The notes: a model not told the origin generated them from the letters alone. Counted from the first letter of the stretch, positions 47,161 through 57,101 are shown. The stretch is DNA of 64,000 nt from Candidatus Giovannonibacteria bacterium RIFCSPHIGHO2_01_FULL_45_24 (GCA_001778495.1 MFHE01000007.1:3996-67995); one strand, 5' to 3'. Numbers and translations: made by a program.

Positions 47161-49293
47161 ATGAAAAAAACGATTTATACTTGCCCGATGCATCCGGAGG
47201 TGATTAGAAACGAGCCCGGGAATTGTCCGGGCTGCGGCATGGATCTTATTCTTAAAAAAGCGGTGATATCTGCTCCGTATCAACATGAAATACCCGGCGC
47301 GAAGACCGGCCCGCAGATGGCTAAAAAAATGGAGCAAGATATGCGGCGCCGCTTTTGGATTTCTTTTATTCTCTCTATTCCGATTGTTTTATATTCTCCT
47401 TTGGGGCTCAACTACTTTAAGCTTAATCTTCCGACACCGATTCCGACGAACTGGTTGCTTCTTATCCTTACAACGCCCATAGTTTTTTGGACCGGCTCAA
47501 TTTTTATCACCGGCACTTATTACTCGCTCAAGGCCAAAAAATTAAATATGTCCGTTCTAATCGCGACCGGCGTTCTGGCGGCGTATCTTTTCAGCGTTCT
47601 CTTAACCATAATCGGCGGGGATGAAACTTTTTACGAAGCGGCGGCGCTTTTGGTGACATTTGTTTTATTCGGCCATTGGATGGAGATGAAATCGCGGCGT
47701 GGCACTTCCGACGCGCTTCGCGCGCTTTTTGATCTTGTGCCGCCTCGGGCGAACGTGATTCATAATGGTAAAGAAATCACAATACCAAGCGCTGAAATTG
47801 TTCATAATGATATCGTCATATTGCGGCCCGGAGATAAAGTGCCGGTTGACGGAGTTATTGCCGAGGGCGAATCGTCAATTGACGAATCGCTGGTCACCGG
47901 CGAGTCCATTCCGGTTTTAAAAAAAATCGGCGATAAAGTCATCGGCGGCTCGGTCAACCAAACCGGCACCGTAAAATTCAAGGCGACCGGGGTCGGCTCG
48001 GAAACGGTTCTCGCGCAAATCATCAAACTCGTTGAATCCGCCCAAAATTCCAAAGCGCCCGGACAGCGGATTGCCGACAAAGCCGCCGGCTGGCTTGTGC
48101 TGGTTGCAATCGGCTCCGGAATCGCGGCGTTTCTGGGCTGGTATTTTATCGCCGGCGCGGCGCTTTTGACGGCCCTGACTTTCGCGATATCCGCTGTAGT
48201 TATCGCCTGCCCTGACGCCTTGGGGCTCGCGACTCCGACCGCTGTCGCGGTAGGCACCGGCATCGGCGCCAAACACAATATTTTAATCAAAGACGCTTCA
48301 ACCCTGGAGAATACTTCAAGAATCAATGCCATTATTCTTGACAAAACGGGAACATTAACCCTCGGGAGGCCGAAGGTCACCGATGTTATTGCTTTTAATA
48401 ACTTTAGCGAACGCGACATTTTGCGCTACGAGGCCAGCATTGAGGCCGGGTCAAATCATCCGCTTGCGAAAGCCATCTTGGAAGAAGCCGAGGGGCGCGG
48501 CGCTTTGCCGCTCAATGCGATGGAAAATTTTGAGTCGCTTGCCGGCCACGGACTCAAAGCCCGGATTGGCAATAAAATAATTTTAGCCGGAACGGAAAAA
48601 CTGCTTAAAGATAACGGAGTCTCAACCGGCGCCTGGCGCGGAGCTCTTGACCGGCTTGCCGGAGAAGGAAAAACATTAAGCTTGCTGGCTGTTGACGGAG
48701 TTTTTGCGGGCGTTGTCGCCGCCGCGGACCCTCCCAGAGCAAATTCCAAAAAGACCATCGCGGCGCTGAAAAATCTGGGGTTGGAAGTTGTGATGATTAC
48801 CGGAGACCACGCGAAAGTAGCTGAGGGTATTGGGAAAGAATTGGGCATTGACAGGGTATTCGGCGAAGTGCTTCCCGGAGACAAAGCGAGGTACGTTAAA
48901 AAATTGCGGGACGAGGGGAAATTCGTCGCGATGGTCGGAGACGGCATTAACGACGCGCCGGCGCTCGCGGAGTCCGACATAGGCATCGCCATCGGCGCCG
49001 GAACGGACGTGGCGATTGAAACCGGAAACATCGTCCTTATGAAATCAGACCCCTACGATATCGTGGCGGCGCTCCGCTTAAGCAAGGCAACCGTAATCAA
49101 AATGAAACAAAATCTTTTCTGGGCGGCAATTTACAATGTGCTTGCGATACCGATTGCGGCCGGCGTTTTTTATAATTCGCTCGGCTGGTCACTCCGCCCC
49201 GAGATTTCAGCACTCCTTATGTCCGCTTCCTCAATTATCGTGGCTACTAACGCGGTGTTATTGAAAAGAGTTGAGCCCAGCCTGCGTCAATAA
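47161..49293 (+). CDS. Copper-translocating P1B-type ATPase
   Basis: YTCPMHP..CP.CGM domain, TGES, ACPDALGLATP, DKTGT, HP, GDGINDAP, YN and MSASS. Confidence 0.95.
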   Translation: MKKTIYTCPMHPEVIRNEPGNCPGCGMDLILKKAVISAPYQHEIPGAKTGPQMAKKMEQDMRRRFWISFILSIPIVLYSPLGLNYFKLNLPTPIPTNWLLLILTTPIVFWTGSIFITGTYYSLKAKKLNMSVLIATGVLAAYLFSVLLTIIGGDETFYEAAALLVTFVLFGHWMEMKSRRGTSDALRALFDLVPPRANVIHNGKEITIPSAEIVHNDIVILRPGDKVPVDGVIAEGESSIDESLVTGESIPVLKKIGDKVIGGSVNQTGTVKFKATGVGSETVLAQIIKLVESAQNSKAPGQRIADKAAGWLVLVAIGSGIAAFLGWYFIAGAALLTALTFAISAVVIACPDALGLATPTAVAVGTGIGAKHNILIKDASTLENTSRINAIILDKTGTLTLGRPKVTDVIAFNNFSERDILRYEASIEAGSNHPLAKAILEEAEGRGALPLNAMENFESLAGHGLKARIGNKIILAGTEKLLKDNGVSTGAWRGALDRLAGEGKTLSLLAVDGVFAGVVAAADPPRANSKKTIAALKNLGLEVVMITGDHAKVAEGIGKELGIDRVFGEVLPGDKARYVKKLRDEGKFVAMVGDGINDAPALAESDIGIAIGAGTDVAIETGNIVLMKSDPYDIVAALRLSKATVIKMKQNLFWAAIYNVLAIPIAAGVFYNSLGWSLRPEISALLMSASSIIVATNAVLLKRVEPSLRQ

Positions 49294-49337
49294 GCTTCGG
49301 CGGGCAGGCAAAATTAAAAAAATGATAAAATAAACTT

Positions 49338-49718
49338 ATGAATACTAAACTCATTACTTGGGTTTTGCGCATCGCTGTTGCCGGTGAATTTCTCGGCCAT
49401 GGCGTTTTCGCGCTTCAGGGAAAAGCGCAATGGGTCGGCTGGTTTGCTAATTTCGGCGTATCCGATGTCAGCACTGCAGCCACTCTTTTATTTTTAGTCG
49501 GGCTGATAGATATTGCCCTGGCGCTTTTAATTTTAATAAAGCCGGTTCGGATTGCGCTTTTGTGGATGGCGCTTTGGGGATTTTGGACCGCTCTTCTGCG
49601 TCCCCTCGTCGGAGAACCGATCTGGGACTTTGTTGAACGTTGGGCTAATTGGGGAGCTCCGCTCACACTTCTCCTTATGGCTGGTTGGCCTAAGTCGCTT
49701 AAAGAGTGGTTTAAATAA
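49338..49718 (+). CDS. DoxX-like membrane protein
   Basis: LRIAVA..F.GHG, four TMs, ERWANW. Confidence 0.65.
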   Translation: MNTKLITWVLRIAVAGEFLGHGVFALQGKAQWVGWFANFGVSDVSTAATLLFLVGLIDIALALLILIKPVRIALLWMALWGFWTALLRPLVGEPIWDFVERWANWGAPLTLLLMAGWPKSLKEWFK

Positions 49719-49761
49719 TTTATTAAATAAAAAGGGGCAGCGACGAATCGCGCCCCGCTCG

Positions 49762-50391
49762 CTAATCTGCCACTCTTGCGTTTTTTTTGAACCACATTAG
49801 CGCGGATGCAAACTCCAGATTGCCGCTATGCTGGCGGCATTCCACCTGAAGGATAACCGCGCCGTTTATCGCTTGCGGTTCAGCAAGCGTGATTTTCAAC
49901 TTCTCGACCAATTCCGAGATTTCCGCCGCTGTCCAGGTTTTTTTCTCACGGTTACGGTTAGCGTGCAAGTGTTCGCAGCACCAAAGCGAACACTCATGGT
50001 CAAGGTGATCATACATCACATCCGAATCCAGGTGATGCTGACACCAGTTAAGCTTCCCGCAGGCGCATTTTTTGAAAAAAACCGGCGGCAATCCGCACCG
50101 GCAACGTAAGAAAAACGGCGCGGCGGCATCTTTTTGGGGCAATGCCAAGGCAATCCATTCAAAAAGCCACTGGCCATTATTCGGCCAAGGAGTCGTATGG
50201 TCATTGCCATTTTGGGTGTGAACATATCTAAGCCATGCCCTGAAATGCTCCTCCGAAAGCTCTATCTTAAAACTGGCGTTCCTCCGCCACTCTTTCAGAA
50301 TGGCAAGATTGACTGCCAGCTCCTCCGGTTTTTGAACCACGTCTTTGAAATCAAGAAGCCAAAGCTGTGAGCCCTTCCTGGATGTCACCAT
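49762..50391 (-). CDS. Cys/His-rich hypothetical protein (orphan cassette)
   Basis: SD AAGGAGG 8 nt before ATG 50391; CRC...CAC...CQHH...H...EC...CCEH. Confidence 0.65.
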   Translation of the reverse strand: MVTSRKGSQLWLLDFKDVVQKPEELAVNLAILKEWRRNASFKIELSEEHFRAWLRYVHTQNGNDHTTPWPNNGQWLFEWIALALPQKDAAAPFFLRCRCGLPPVFFKKCACGKLNWCQHHLDSDVMYDHLDHECSLWCCEHLHANRNREKKTWTAAEISELVEKLKITLAEPQAINGAVILQVECRQHSGNLEFASALMWFKKNARVAD

Positions 50392-50494
50392 TTGCAATAC
50401 CTCCTTCCTGCTTTTTTATAGCAAGAACATCCGGTTCATTGCAACGCGCAAGCTGTGGATTGTGGGCCGCGGTGAAAAATGTTATATTTTGCTT

Positions 50495-51430
50495 ATGAAT
50501 GAAAAAGCTGGCCCTAAAGACGTGTTTCTTCAGCTTTTAAATATTATCGCGCTTTACGTGAGCGCGGGGATGTTTATAAATCTGATTTTCAGCTACATCA
50601 ACATCTGGCTGCCGGACGCGCTTTCGGAAAATTATTACACGCTCCTTGCCGCGCGCTCGTCCGTCCGCTTGGCGATAGCGAGCTTGATTGTGGTCTTCCC
50701 GGTTTACATCTGGGCGACATGGTTTTTAAATAAAGGATATGCCGCAATACCGGCGAAGCGCGAGATGAAAATAAGAAAATGGCTGCTTTATTTCACGCTT
50801 TTTCTGGCAGGGATAATAATCATCGGCGATTTAGTGACATTGATTTACAACCTTTTGCAAGGCGAGCTGACGGCGAGATTTTTGCTTAAAATTTTGGCGG
50901 TACTTATAGTCGCTAGCGCCGTTTTCGGATATTATATTTTAGACATTAAAAACAAGGCGCCGCACAAAGTTTTTTGCTACGGCGCGTCTTTGATAATCCT
51001 TGCGGCGATTGCCGCCGGTTTTTTCCTTGTGGGCTCGCCGAAAGAAGAGCGCGCCAGAAAATTTGACGACCAAAGAGTCCAGCATCTTCAGCTTATCCAA
51101 TCTGAAATAATAAATTATTGGATTAAAAAAGCCGCGCTACCGAAAACCTTGGGCGAACTAGATGACCCTATCAGAGGCGTCGTCATCTCCAAAGACCCCG
51201 AATCCGGCGCGGAGTATGTTTATGAAGTTGTTGATAAAGAAAACTTCAAACTCTGCGCGACATTTAATCTGCCGAGCTTAGGCCAAGTATTATTAAAAAC
51301 AATGCGGGAACCGGCCGCTCCTCCATCGCTAGCATATTACAACGAACAAAACTGGGCGCACGGCCAAGACCAAACCTGCTTTGACCGGAAAATAGACAAG
51401 GACCTTTACAAACCGGAGAAGGTGAGGTAG
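50495..51430 (+). CDS. DUF5671-like membrane protein
   Basis: Five TMs, R..IA.LIV.FP, GEL..RF..K, D..R...L, DP.SG..Y.Y, LCA.F. Confidence 0.75.
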   Translation: MNEKAGPKDVFLQLLNIIALYVSAGMFINLIFSYINIWLPDALSENYYTLLAARSSVRLAIASLIVVFPVYIWATWFLNKGYAAIPAKREMKIRKWLLYFTLFLAGIIIIGDLVTLIYNLLQGELTARFLLKILAVLIVASAVFGYYILDIKNKAPHKVFCYGASLIILAAIAAGFFLVGSPKEERARKFDDQRVQHLQLIQSEIINYWIKKAALPKTLGELDDPIRGVVISKDPESGAEYVYEVVDKENFKLCATFNLPSLGQVLLKTMREPAAPPSLAYYNEQNWAHGQDQTCFDRKIDKDLYKPEKVR

Positions 51431-51454
51431 GATAAATTAAGGAGGGAAAATAGC

Positions 51455-51766
51455 ATGAAGATTGCTCTTTTAATTCTTCTTTTTTCGTGTTTATTGGATA
51501 CTCTAAGTTCATTATGCTGCGCCAGAAAAGATAAATGGGACTGGTCATCTGAAAAAAATCCTATCATACAACGTAACGGGAAAGCATTGGGCTGGAGCCA
51601 AACGCTCTGGATGCACAATTTATGGCCTATAACACTAGGAGTTTATTATTGTGTACTGATTAGCTTTCTGTCTTCTCTTATAGCCGTCACTTTAGTACTC
51701 TTGATGTCAGCGATAAAACTAGAAGCCGCTTTGAGCAATTTTATTTATGGAATAAAACGCTCCTGA
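51455..51766 (+). CDS. Hypothetical membrane protein
   Basis: SD AAGGAGGG; hydrophobic; followed by hairpin + T tract. Confidence 0.55.
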   Translation: MKIALLILLFSCLLDTLSSLCCARKDKWDWSSEKNPIIQRNGKALGWSQTLWMHNLWPITLGVYYCVLISFLSSLIAVTLVLLMSAIKLEAALSNFIYGIKRS

Positions 51767-51810
51767 AGCGGCTTTTTTATTTTCTCTTCGCCAGAACGTT
51801 TTCTGCTTCT

Positions 51811-51846
51811 CCTGCCCGCAATACTACGCATAGTGTTGCAGGCGGG
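51811..51846. repeat. Intergenic palindrome between convergent genes
   Basis: CCTGCCCGCAATACTA-CGCA-TAGTGTTGCAGGCGGG. Confidence 0.7.
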
Positions 51847-51856
51847 TCAAATTTTA

Positions 51857-53998
51857 TCATTTTTTGACCAGCTCACTTGCGTCCTCAAACTTAATAGACA
51901 ATAGCTTGCTTACTCCGTCCCCTCCCATTGTGACTCCATAAAGGACATCGGCGGCTTTCATTGTTTCGCGGTTGTGGGTGACGACTATAAGCTGTGTTTT
52001 TTTACCGAGTTCCCGGAGCATTAAGGCGTATCTCGCCGAGTTTGCTTCGTCCAAAGCCGCGTCTGTTTCGTCCAAAACCAAAAATGGCGGGGGGTTCGCC
52101 GTGGACATCGCAAAAAGCAGGGCGATGGACGTAAGCGCCCGCTCGCCTCCAGAGAGCATATTGAGAGACCTGATTCGTTTTCTGGGAATATCCACCGTAA
52201 TTTCCAGTCCCGGCTCCGTCTCTTCCTCAAATTCTTCCTGCCAAGCTTCATCCAGCGCACTTTCTTCCGGCTTCTTGGGCTTGGGTTTCTCCATCTTTAT
52301 CTCGGCCTTACCCCCACCGAAAATTTCCCTGAAAAATTCTCCGAAAAGCTTGTTAATTTTGGAAAGCCCTGCGTCAAAATCCTTGGCAATTCTTCCTTCA
52401 AGCTCGTCAAATATGTTTTTTAAAGACGCCGCGGTTGTTTTTAGGTCTTCAAGCTCTTTGGCTAGAAATTCGTCGCGTTTTTTCGTCTCTTCAAATTCGC
52501 TAAGCGCAGATTCATCAACCCCGCCGGCCTCTTCCAGCCGTATGCGAAGCCGCTCAATTTTCTTTCTGAAATCAGCGCGCTGGGCATCTCCAAGCAGTTC
52601 GCCAGCCGGCTTGGCGCTTTCTAAAAACTGCCCGAATTCCAATTCAAATTCTTTTTTTAATATAATTATCTTATCCTCGCGCCCAAAAATCGCTCTTAAA
52701 GAATCTTTGGCCTTGGCTGCCTCCTCCATCTTCATCTTCAAAAGTGCCCCTTCTTTTTGGATTTTAAGCGCCCTGCCTTCGTAATTTTTTTGGAGATCGC
52801 GCCTTTGGGAGGTAATTTCTTTTTCTTCTTTATCCAGCTCCGCGATTTCTTCCTTTAATTTCGCGGTCTCCGGCAAAACGATTTCTTTCTGATGAGAATC
52901 GCCGTTTATATGCTCCAAAAACCTGTAAATTTTCTGCGTAACCGCGAAGACGGAGTTCCTCACCGCCTCCATTGTTCCAAAGTGCGAGGCAGTTTCCAAA
53001 TCGGAAGCCAAATCCATCAAAACGGATTTTATTTTTTCTTTGGGCACTCCTCCGGCGTAAGAGCGGGCAGAGGCGACCTCCGCCCTTCCGGCCTCCCTGT
53101 CCAGTTCCCTTCTCTTTTTAGAAAGAATATCCTGAATCTCGTCCAGTTTTTTCATCTCCGAAAAAAAATCCTCCGCATCGCTTTCACGGCCCAGCGCTTT
53201 TTCGCTCTCCTTGATTTCCTTTTCCAAATCTTTGGCGCGCGCCTCCAGCGGCTTTCTTTCTTTTTCGGCTTCGGCTGATTCGTGAGATAAAGTTTTAAGC
53301 TCCCTACCTACATATTCTTCCGTCAGCGCGCTTAAATCTTTGCGGATTTGTGCGGCATTTTTCATTTTTTCCGCCCGCGACTCCAGATATTTCAAGTGCG
53401 GCTGGATTTCGCGTTTCAAAGATTCAACCTGCTTGATGTTATTTTCGGCGGCTTCCAATTTTCTTAAAGCCTCATTTTTTTTGAGTTCAAAAATTTTAAG
53501 CCCAAGCGCTTCCTCAATCATTGATTTTCTTTCTTTGAGGGAGGCGTAGAGTATGCGATCGGCATCGCCCTGCGCGATGATATGGTGCTGGGAAGCCCCC
53601 AGGCCGACTTTGGATAGAAGCTCAATTATATCTTTGAGGCGAACATGCGAATCGTTTAAAACATAATCGCTCGCGCCGTCGCGGTAAACGCGGCGGGATA
53701 CAACCACCTCGCTGAACTCCACCGGAAAAATTTTTTGCCTGTTATCAAAAACCAAAGATGTTGATGCTTTTGCAAGACGAGCAACTTGTGAATTTCCAGC
53801 AAAAATTAAATCCTCTCCTTTTTTCCCACGGAGGTGTTTCATCGACTGCTCGCCCAAAACCCAGCGGATTGCGTCCGCAATGTTTGACTTTCCAGAACCG
53901 TTCGGGCCGACGATTGCAGTGATTTTCGTCGGGAATTCCAGCGTTATCGGCTTGGCAAAAGACTTAAAGCCGGATATTTCCAGCCGTTTAAAAAGCAT
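51857..53998 (-). CDS. smc: Short (713 aa) SMC-family ATPase
   Basis: GFKSF, GPNGSGKSN, Q-loop IAQG, LSGGE, LDETDAALD, VTH; start MLFKRL. Confidence 0.92.
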   Translation of the reverse strand: MLFKRLEISGFKSFAKPITLEFPTKITAIVGPNGSGKSNIADAIRWVLGEQSMKHLRGKKGEDLIFAGNSQVARLAKASTSLVFDNRQKIFPVEFSEVVVSRRVYRDGASDYVLNDSHVRLKDIIELLSKVGLGASQHHIIAQGDADRILYASLKERKSMIEEALGLKIFELKKNEALRKLEAAENNIKQVESLKREIQPHLKYLESRAEKMKNAAQIRKDLSALTEEYVGRELKTLSHESAEAEKERKPLEARAKDLEKEIKESEKALGRESDAEDFFSEMKKLDEIQDILSKKRRELDREAGRAEVASARSYAGGVPKEKIKSVLMDLASDLETASHFGTMEAVRNSVFAVTQKIYRFLEHINGDSHQKEIVLPETAKLKEEIAELDKEEKEITSQRRDLQKNYEGRALKIQKEGALLKMKMEEAAKAKDSLRAIFGREDKIIILKKEFELEFGQFLESAKPAGELLGDAQRADFRKKIERLRIRLEEAGGVDESALSEFEETKKRDEFLAKELEDLKTTAASLKNIFDELEGRIAKDFDAGLSKINKLFGEFFREIFGGGKAEIKMEKPKPKKPEESALDEAWQEEFEEETEPGLEITVDIPRKRIRSLNMLSGGERALTSIALLFAMSTANPPPFLVLDETDAALDEANSARYALMLRELGKKTQLIVVTHNRETMKAADVLYGVTMGGDGVSKLLSIKFEDASELVKK

Positions 53999-53999
53999 A

Positions 54000-54692
54000 T
54001 TATCCCCAATTTTTAATTTTAAGGGCCGCCTCGGCGGCCTGCTGCTGGGCCTCCTGTTTGGAAGACCCTTCGCCTTCGGCAACAAGCTCCTTCCCCAAAT
54101 ATACTCCAACGATAAAATGCTTATCGTGGTCGGGGCCCCACTCTTTAATAACGTTGTATGTCGGCGTAACACCAACATTTTCCTGCGCCTGCTCCTGGAA
54201 AAAGCTCTTGGCGTCCCTATAAAGTTTTTTTTCCAAAATTTCGGAAATTTTAGGAGAGAGAGTGCGCAAAATAAAATCGCTGGCAACGGCGTACCCAAGG
54301 TCCAGATAAATCGCGCCAATTACGGCCTCAAAAGCGTTCGCTAAAATATACTGCCTCGCCCGCCCGACGTCTTTCGCCTCCCCGCGGGAAAGAAGGAGAA
54401 AATTATTGAAATCCAAATCCCGGGCGATGTCGCCCAGCATGTTGGAATTGACCAAAGACGCGCGGAGGGATGTAAGCTCGCCCTCGGGCTTGTCCGGAAA
54501 TTGGCCGTAGATGTGCTCCGTCACCACAAGCTCCAGCGCCGCGTCTCCCAAAAATTCAAGCCGTTCATTGTGCCCACCACCCACATCTGGGTTCTCATTT
54601 AAATAAGAACGGTGAGTGAGCGCCGTGCGCAGAAGCTCTTTGTCTTTAAACTCAACGTCCAGTATTTTTTCAAATTTTGAGAGATCTGGCAT
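54000..54692 (-). CDS. rnc: Ribonuclease III
   Basis: ALTHRSY, NERLEFLGDA, dsRBD GPDH..F, GSSKQEAQQ. Confidence 0.98.
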   Translation of the reverse strand: MPDLSKFEKILDVEFKDKELLRTALTHRSYLNENPDVGGGHNERLEFLGDAALELVVTEHIYGQFPDKPEGELTSLRASLVNSNMLGDIARDLDFNNFLLLSRGEAKDVGRARQYILANAFEAVIGAIYLDLGYAVASDFILRTLSPKISEILEKKLYRDAKSFFQEQAQENVGVTPTYNVIKEWGPDHDKHFIVGVYLGKELVAEGEGSSKQEAQQQAAEAALKIKNWG

Positions 54693-55585
54693 TATTGCAA
54701 ATTTAATTCTTTAAGCGCGCTTTCCAAAATCGGTTTTATGTCCGAATACATCTTAAGCTCCCTGACTTCGTCCAAAGCGAACCACCTGGTGTCGTCCAAA
54801 CCTCCAGAACTTTCCAGTTTTAATTCTTTCTCTTTGGTTTCCGCCAAAAAATAATTGACTCGGCGCCTCGTAGGGCCGGTCTCCGGGTCTGATGCGATAT
54901 ATTCGTTCTCCCCTATTTTTTTAACTAATTTCAGATTTTTAATTCCCAATTCTTCTTTAATTTCACGCTCTGTGCCAGCCGCCACATCTTCTCCTTTTTC
55001 CAGATGCCCCTTGGAAAAGGTCCAGTATCCAAATACGTCGTGCACCAAAGCAAATAAAACCTTGTCGTCATCTTTCCTAATCACCACCGCTCCGCCCAAA
55101 TCCTCTTTGGGCAATTTTTCCAAATCCAGCTCGTACTTTTGTTTTTTTGCGGTGTCATCTTTGCCGGGCTCGCCGAGCTCGCGGTAAATCGTACCCAAAA
55201 CGCCGTTGACGAATCTGCCGGACGAATCGCCCCCGAAGCTTTTAGCAAGCTCAATCGCCTCGTTTATGGCCACCTTTGGCGGAACCTCCTTGTGGTTGCT
55301 GAAAAGAAGCTCATAAATTCCGACGCGCAGCACATTTCTGTCCACGGGAGCAATTTGGGATATCGGCCAGTCGGGCGCCGCTTTTTCCATTATGCCGTCT
55401 ATTTCTTTTTGCTTTTTTACAACGCCTTCGGCGAGCTTTTTCGCGAATCCGCCGTCGTCCAGACCCGGGCCGAATTCGTTCAGGTCGCGTTCCAAAATGG
55501 CCCTGATGTTTCTTCGGCCTTCGTTGAAGTCCCACTCAAAAAGGGACTGCATGGCTATGGATCGCGAAAGGTGCCTATTGGCCAT
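54692..55585 (-). CDS. nusB: NusB fused to a C-terminal Nudix domain
   Basis: DRNVLR...[14 protein letters not shown]...[10 protein letters not shown]; then GHLEKGE......REIKEELG. Confidence 0.92.
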   Translation of the reverse strand: MANRHLSRSIAMQSLFEWDFNEGRRNIRAILERDLNEFGPGLDDGGFAKKLAEGVVKKQKEIDGIMEKAAPDWPISQIAPVDRNVLRVGIYELLFSNHKEVPPKVAINEAIELAKSFGGDSSGRFVNGVLGTIYRELGEPGKDDTAKKQKYELDLEKLPKEDLGGAVVIRKDDDKVLFALVHDVFGYWTFSKGHLEKGEDVAAGTEREIKEELGIKNLKLVKKIGENEYIASDPETGPTRRRVNYFLAETKEKELKLESSGGLDDTRWFALDEVRELKMYSDIKPILESALKELNLQ

Positions 55586-55811
55586 CGTGGCTGTGAATTT
55601 CTTTTTCTTTTTCTTTCCTCTCTTTTTTAGAAAGTTTTTTAAGCACGTCCACTGCCTCTTTTCCTTTATAAAACCCGCAGTTTTTGCAAACGGTATGCGG
55701 CAATGCTTTCACGCCGCACTTGGGGCACTTTATCAAAGAGGCCGGGGCAAGCGCGTGGTGCGACCTGCGATTTTTAGTGTGCGAGGGCGTATGGCGCATT
55801 CGGACAGTCAT
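55575..55811 (-). CDS. rpmF: 50S ribosomal protein L32
   Basis: RRSHHAL, CPKCG...LPH.VC..CG.YKG. Confidence 0.95.
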   Translation of the reverse strand: MTVRMRHTPSHTKNRRSHHALAPASLIKCPKCGVKALPHTVCKNCGFYKGKEAVDVLKKLSKKERKEKEKEIHSHDGQ

Positions 55812-55866
55812 GGTAATAAATATAACTCATGCCGACAGGTATTGCAATGGAAATAAAAACAGCCCG

Positions 55867-56403
55867 CTAAACTGCGCGGGCTTCTGGAGGTATCGGGGGG
55901 ACAATGTAAATGTAGATAATTAAAAGGAGCACGCTGATCATGAACGTTGCTATGCTTATCGGTAGCCAAGCCGAGTAACGCGGTCGCCATTTCGGGAAAA
56001 CCAGCAGGTATTCACCTGCCCGTTCTACGCTTTGTATCCCGAAGATGTCCTGCCATTGGGTTATTAGAAACCTGCGCGAAGTCCAGTACGGAATCCCGCC
56101 GTCAGCAAGCATATAACTGACGACCACCGTTCTGCTGAAAACATCGCTCCAGTGTTCTACGGAAACGACTATCTTTTGAGCGTTTTGGCTCCTTTGCCAA
56201 AATTCTTTGCCTCCCTCTCGTACGCCACCTAATTTGACTTCAGAAGCTCCGTGAAATTCTGCCTGGCCGCTGAAACCCTCCGGCAGAATCGGCCCCAGAC
56301 GAACTGGCTCCGGTAGCGGCTGTTGGATGTCCTGATAAGCAAAATAGCCGAATTGGATCGCCGCAATGAGCAAAAGTGCCCCCATGTTCCGAAACATCTT
56401 CAT
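55867..56403 (-). CDS. Hypothetical protein with N- and C-terminal TMs (orphan)
   Basis: SD AGGAGGAGG; hairpin + T tract at stop. Confidence 0.65.
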   Translation of the reverse strand: MKMFRNMGALLLIAAIQFGYFAYQDIQQPLPEPVRLGPILPEGFSGQAEFHGASEVKLGGVREGGKEFWQRSQNAQKIVVSVEHWSDVFSRTVVVSYMLADGGIPYWTSRRFLITQWQDIFGIQSVERAGEYLLVFPKWRPRYSAWLPISIATFMISVLLLIIYIYIVPPIPPEARAV

Positions 56404-56422
56404 AATGTCCTCCTCCTGTTTT

Positions 56423-57019
56423 TTAGACTAACCTAGAACAAAAGCTCCTACGATGAATATCGCATAGTCCGTGCTTTTTTACAAGCTTCTGGTGGAGTTT
56501 TGTGCCGTAGCCCTTATGAAGGTCAAAACGGTACTTTGGAAATTGCTCATGAAGCCGTATCATTTTTTTGTCGCGGTGCGTTTTAGCGACGATTGAAGCG
56601 GCCGCGATAAGCGGCAGTTTCTCGTCGCCTCTTATAATTGTTTCCTGATTTGGATAAGTCCTTGGGGCGCAAAGACTGCCGTCCAGCAAAATCTTGAAAC
56701 TTGGAACATGAAGCTTGTAACCTAATTTTAATTTTTGCAGACAACGCCCAACAGCTAATCGCGCCGCGGCAGTTATGCCGACTCTATCAATTATCTGCGC
56801 GCCAACAGACGCGACCGCAATCTCAAAATTTTTGGTTTTTAAGTTTTGATTTTTAATTTTGAAAAGCCATTTTTCCCTCTGCCCCGCGCTTAATTTTTTA
56901 GAGTCCTTAATCCCGCGCAAATTAATCCTGCCCCGCTTTAAAATCGCGGCGACAGTCACCGGGCCAGCCAAAGGCCCTCTGCCGACTTCGTCCACGCCGA
57001 TAATGTATTTTCTTCCCAT
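56423..57019 (-). CDS. rnhB: Ribonuclease HII
   Basis: GVDEVGRGPLAGPV, DSKKL, IAAASIVAK, HKGYGT, HRRSF. Confidence 0.96.
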   Translation of the reverse strand: MGRKYIIGVDEVGRGPLAGPVTVAAILKRGRINLRGIKDSKKLSAGQREKWLFKIKNQNLKTKNFEIAVASVGAQIIDRVGITAAARLAVGRCLQKLKLGYKLHVPSFKILLDGSLCAPRTYPNQETIIRGDEKLPLIAAASIVAKTHRDKKMIRLHEQFPKYRFDLHKGYGTKLHQKLVKKHGLCDIHRRSFCSRLV

Positions 57020-57081
57020 TTGCTTAACTTAAATAATACACCCATATTTTTCATTAAAAAACACACTATACAAAGTAAAAT

Positions 57082-57101
57082 AAAAAGCCCCGAATGGGGC
57101 T
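57082..57101 (-). terminator. Intrinsic terminator
   Basis: AGCCCC-ATTC-GGGGCT-TTTT on minus strand. Confidence 0.7.

Noticed and set aside
14211..52784. Long antisense ORFs such as 14211-14987, 34693-35367, 47802-48419 and 51972-52784
   Set aside because: Shadows of well-supported genes on the opposite strand with no motifs of their own.
53999..54319. 107-aa N-terminal extension of SMC in the ORF track
   Set aside because: Lies within rnc in another frame; SMC similarity begins at the ATG at 53998.
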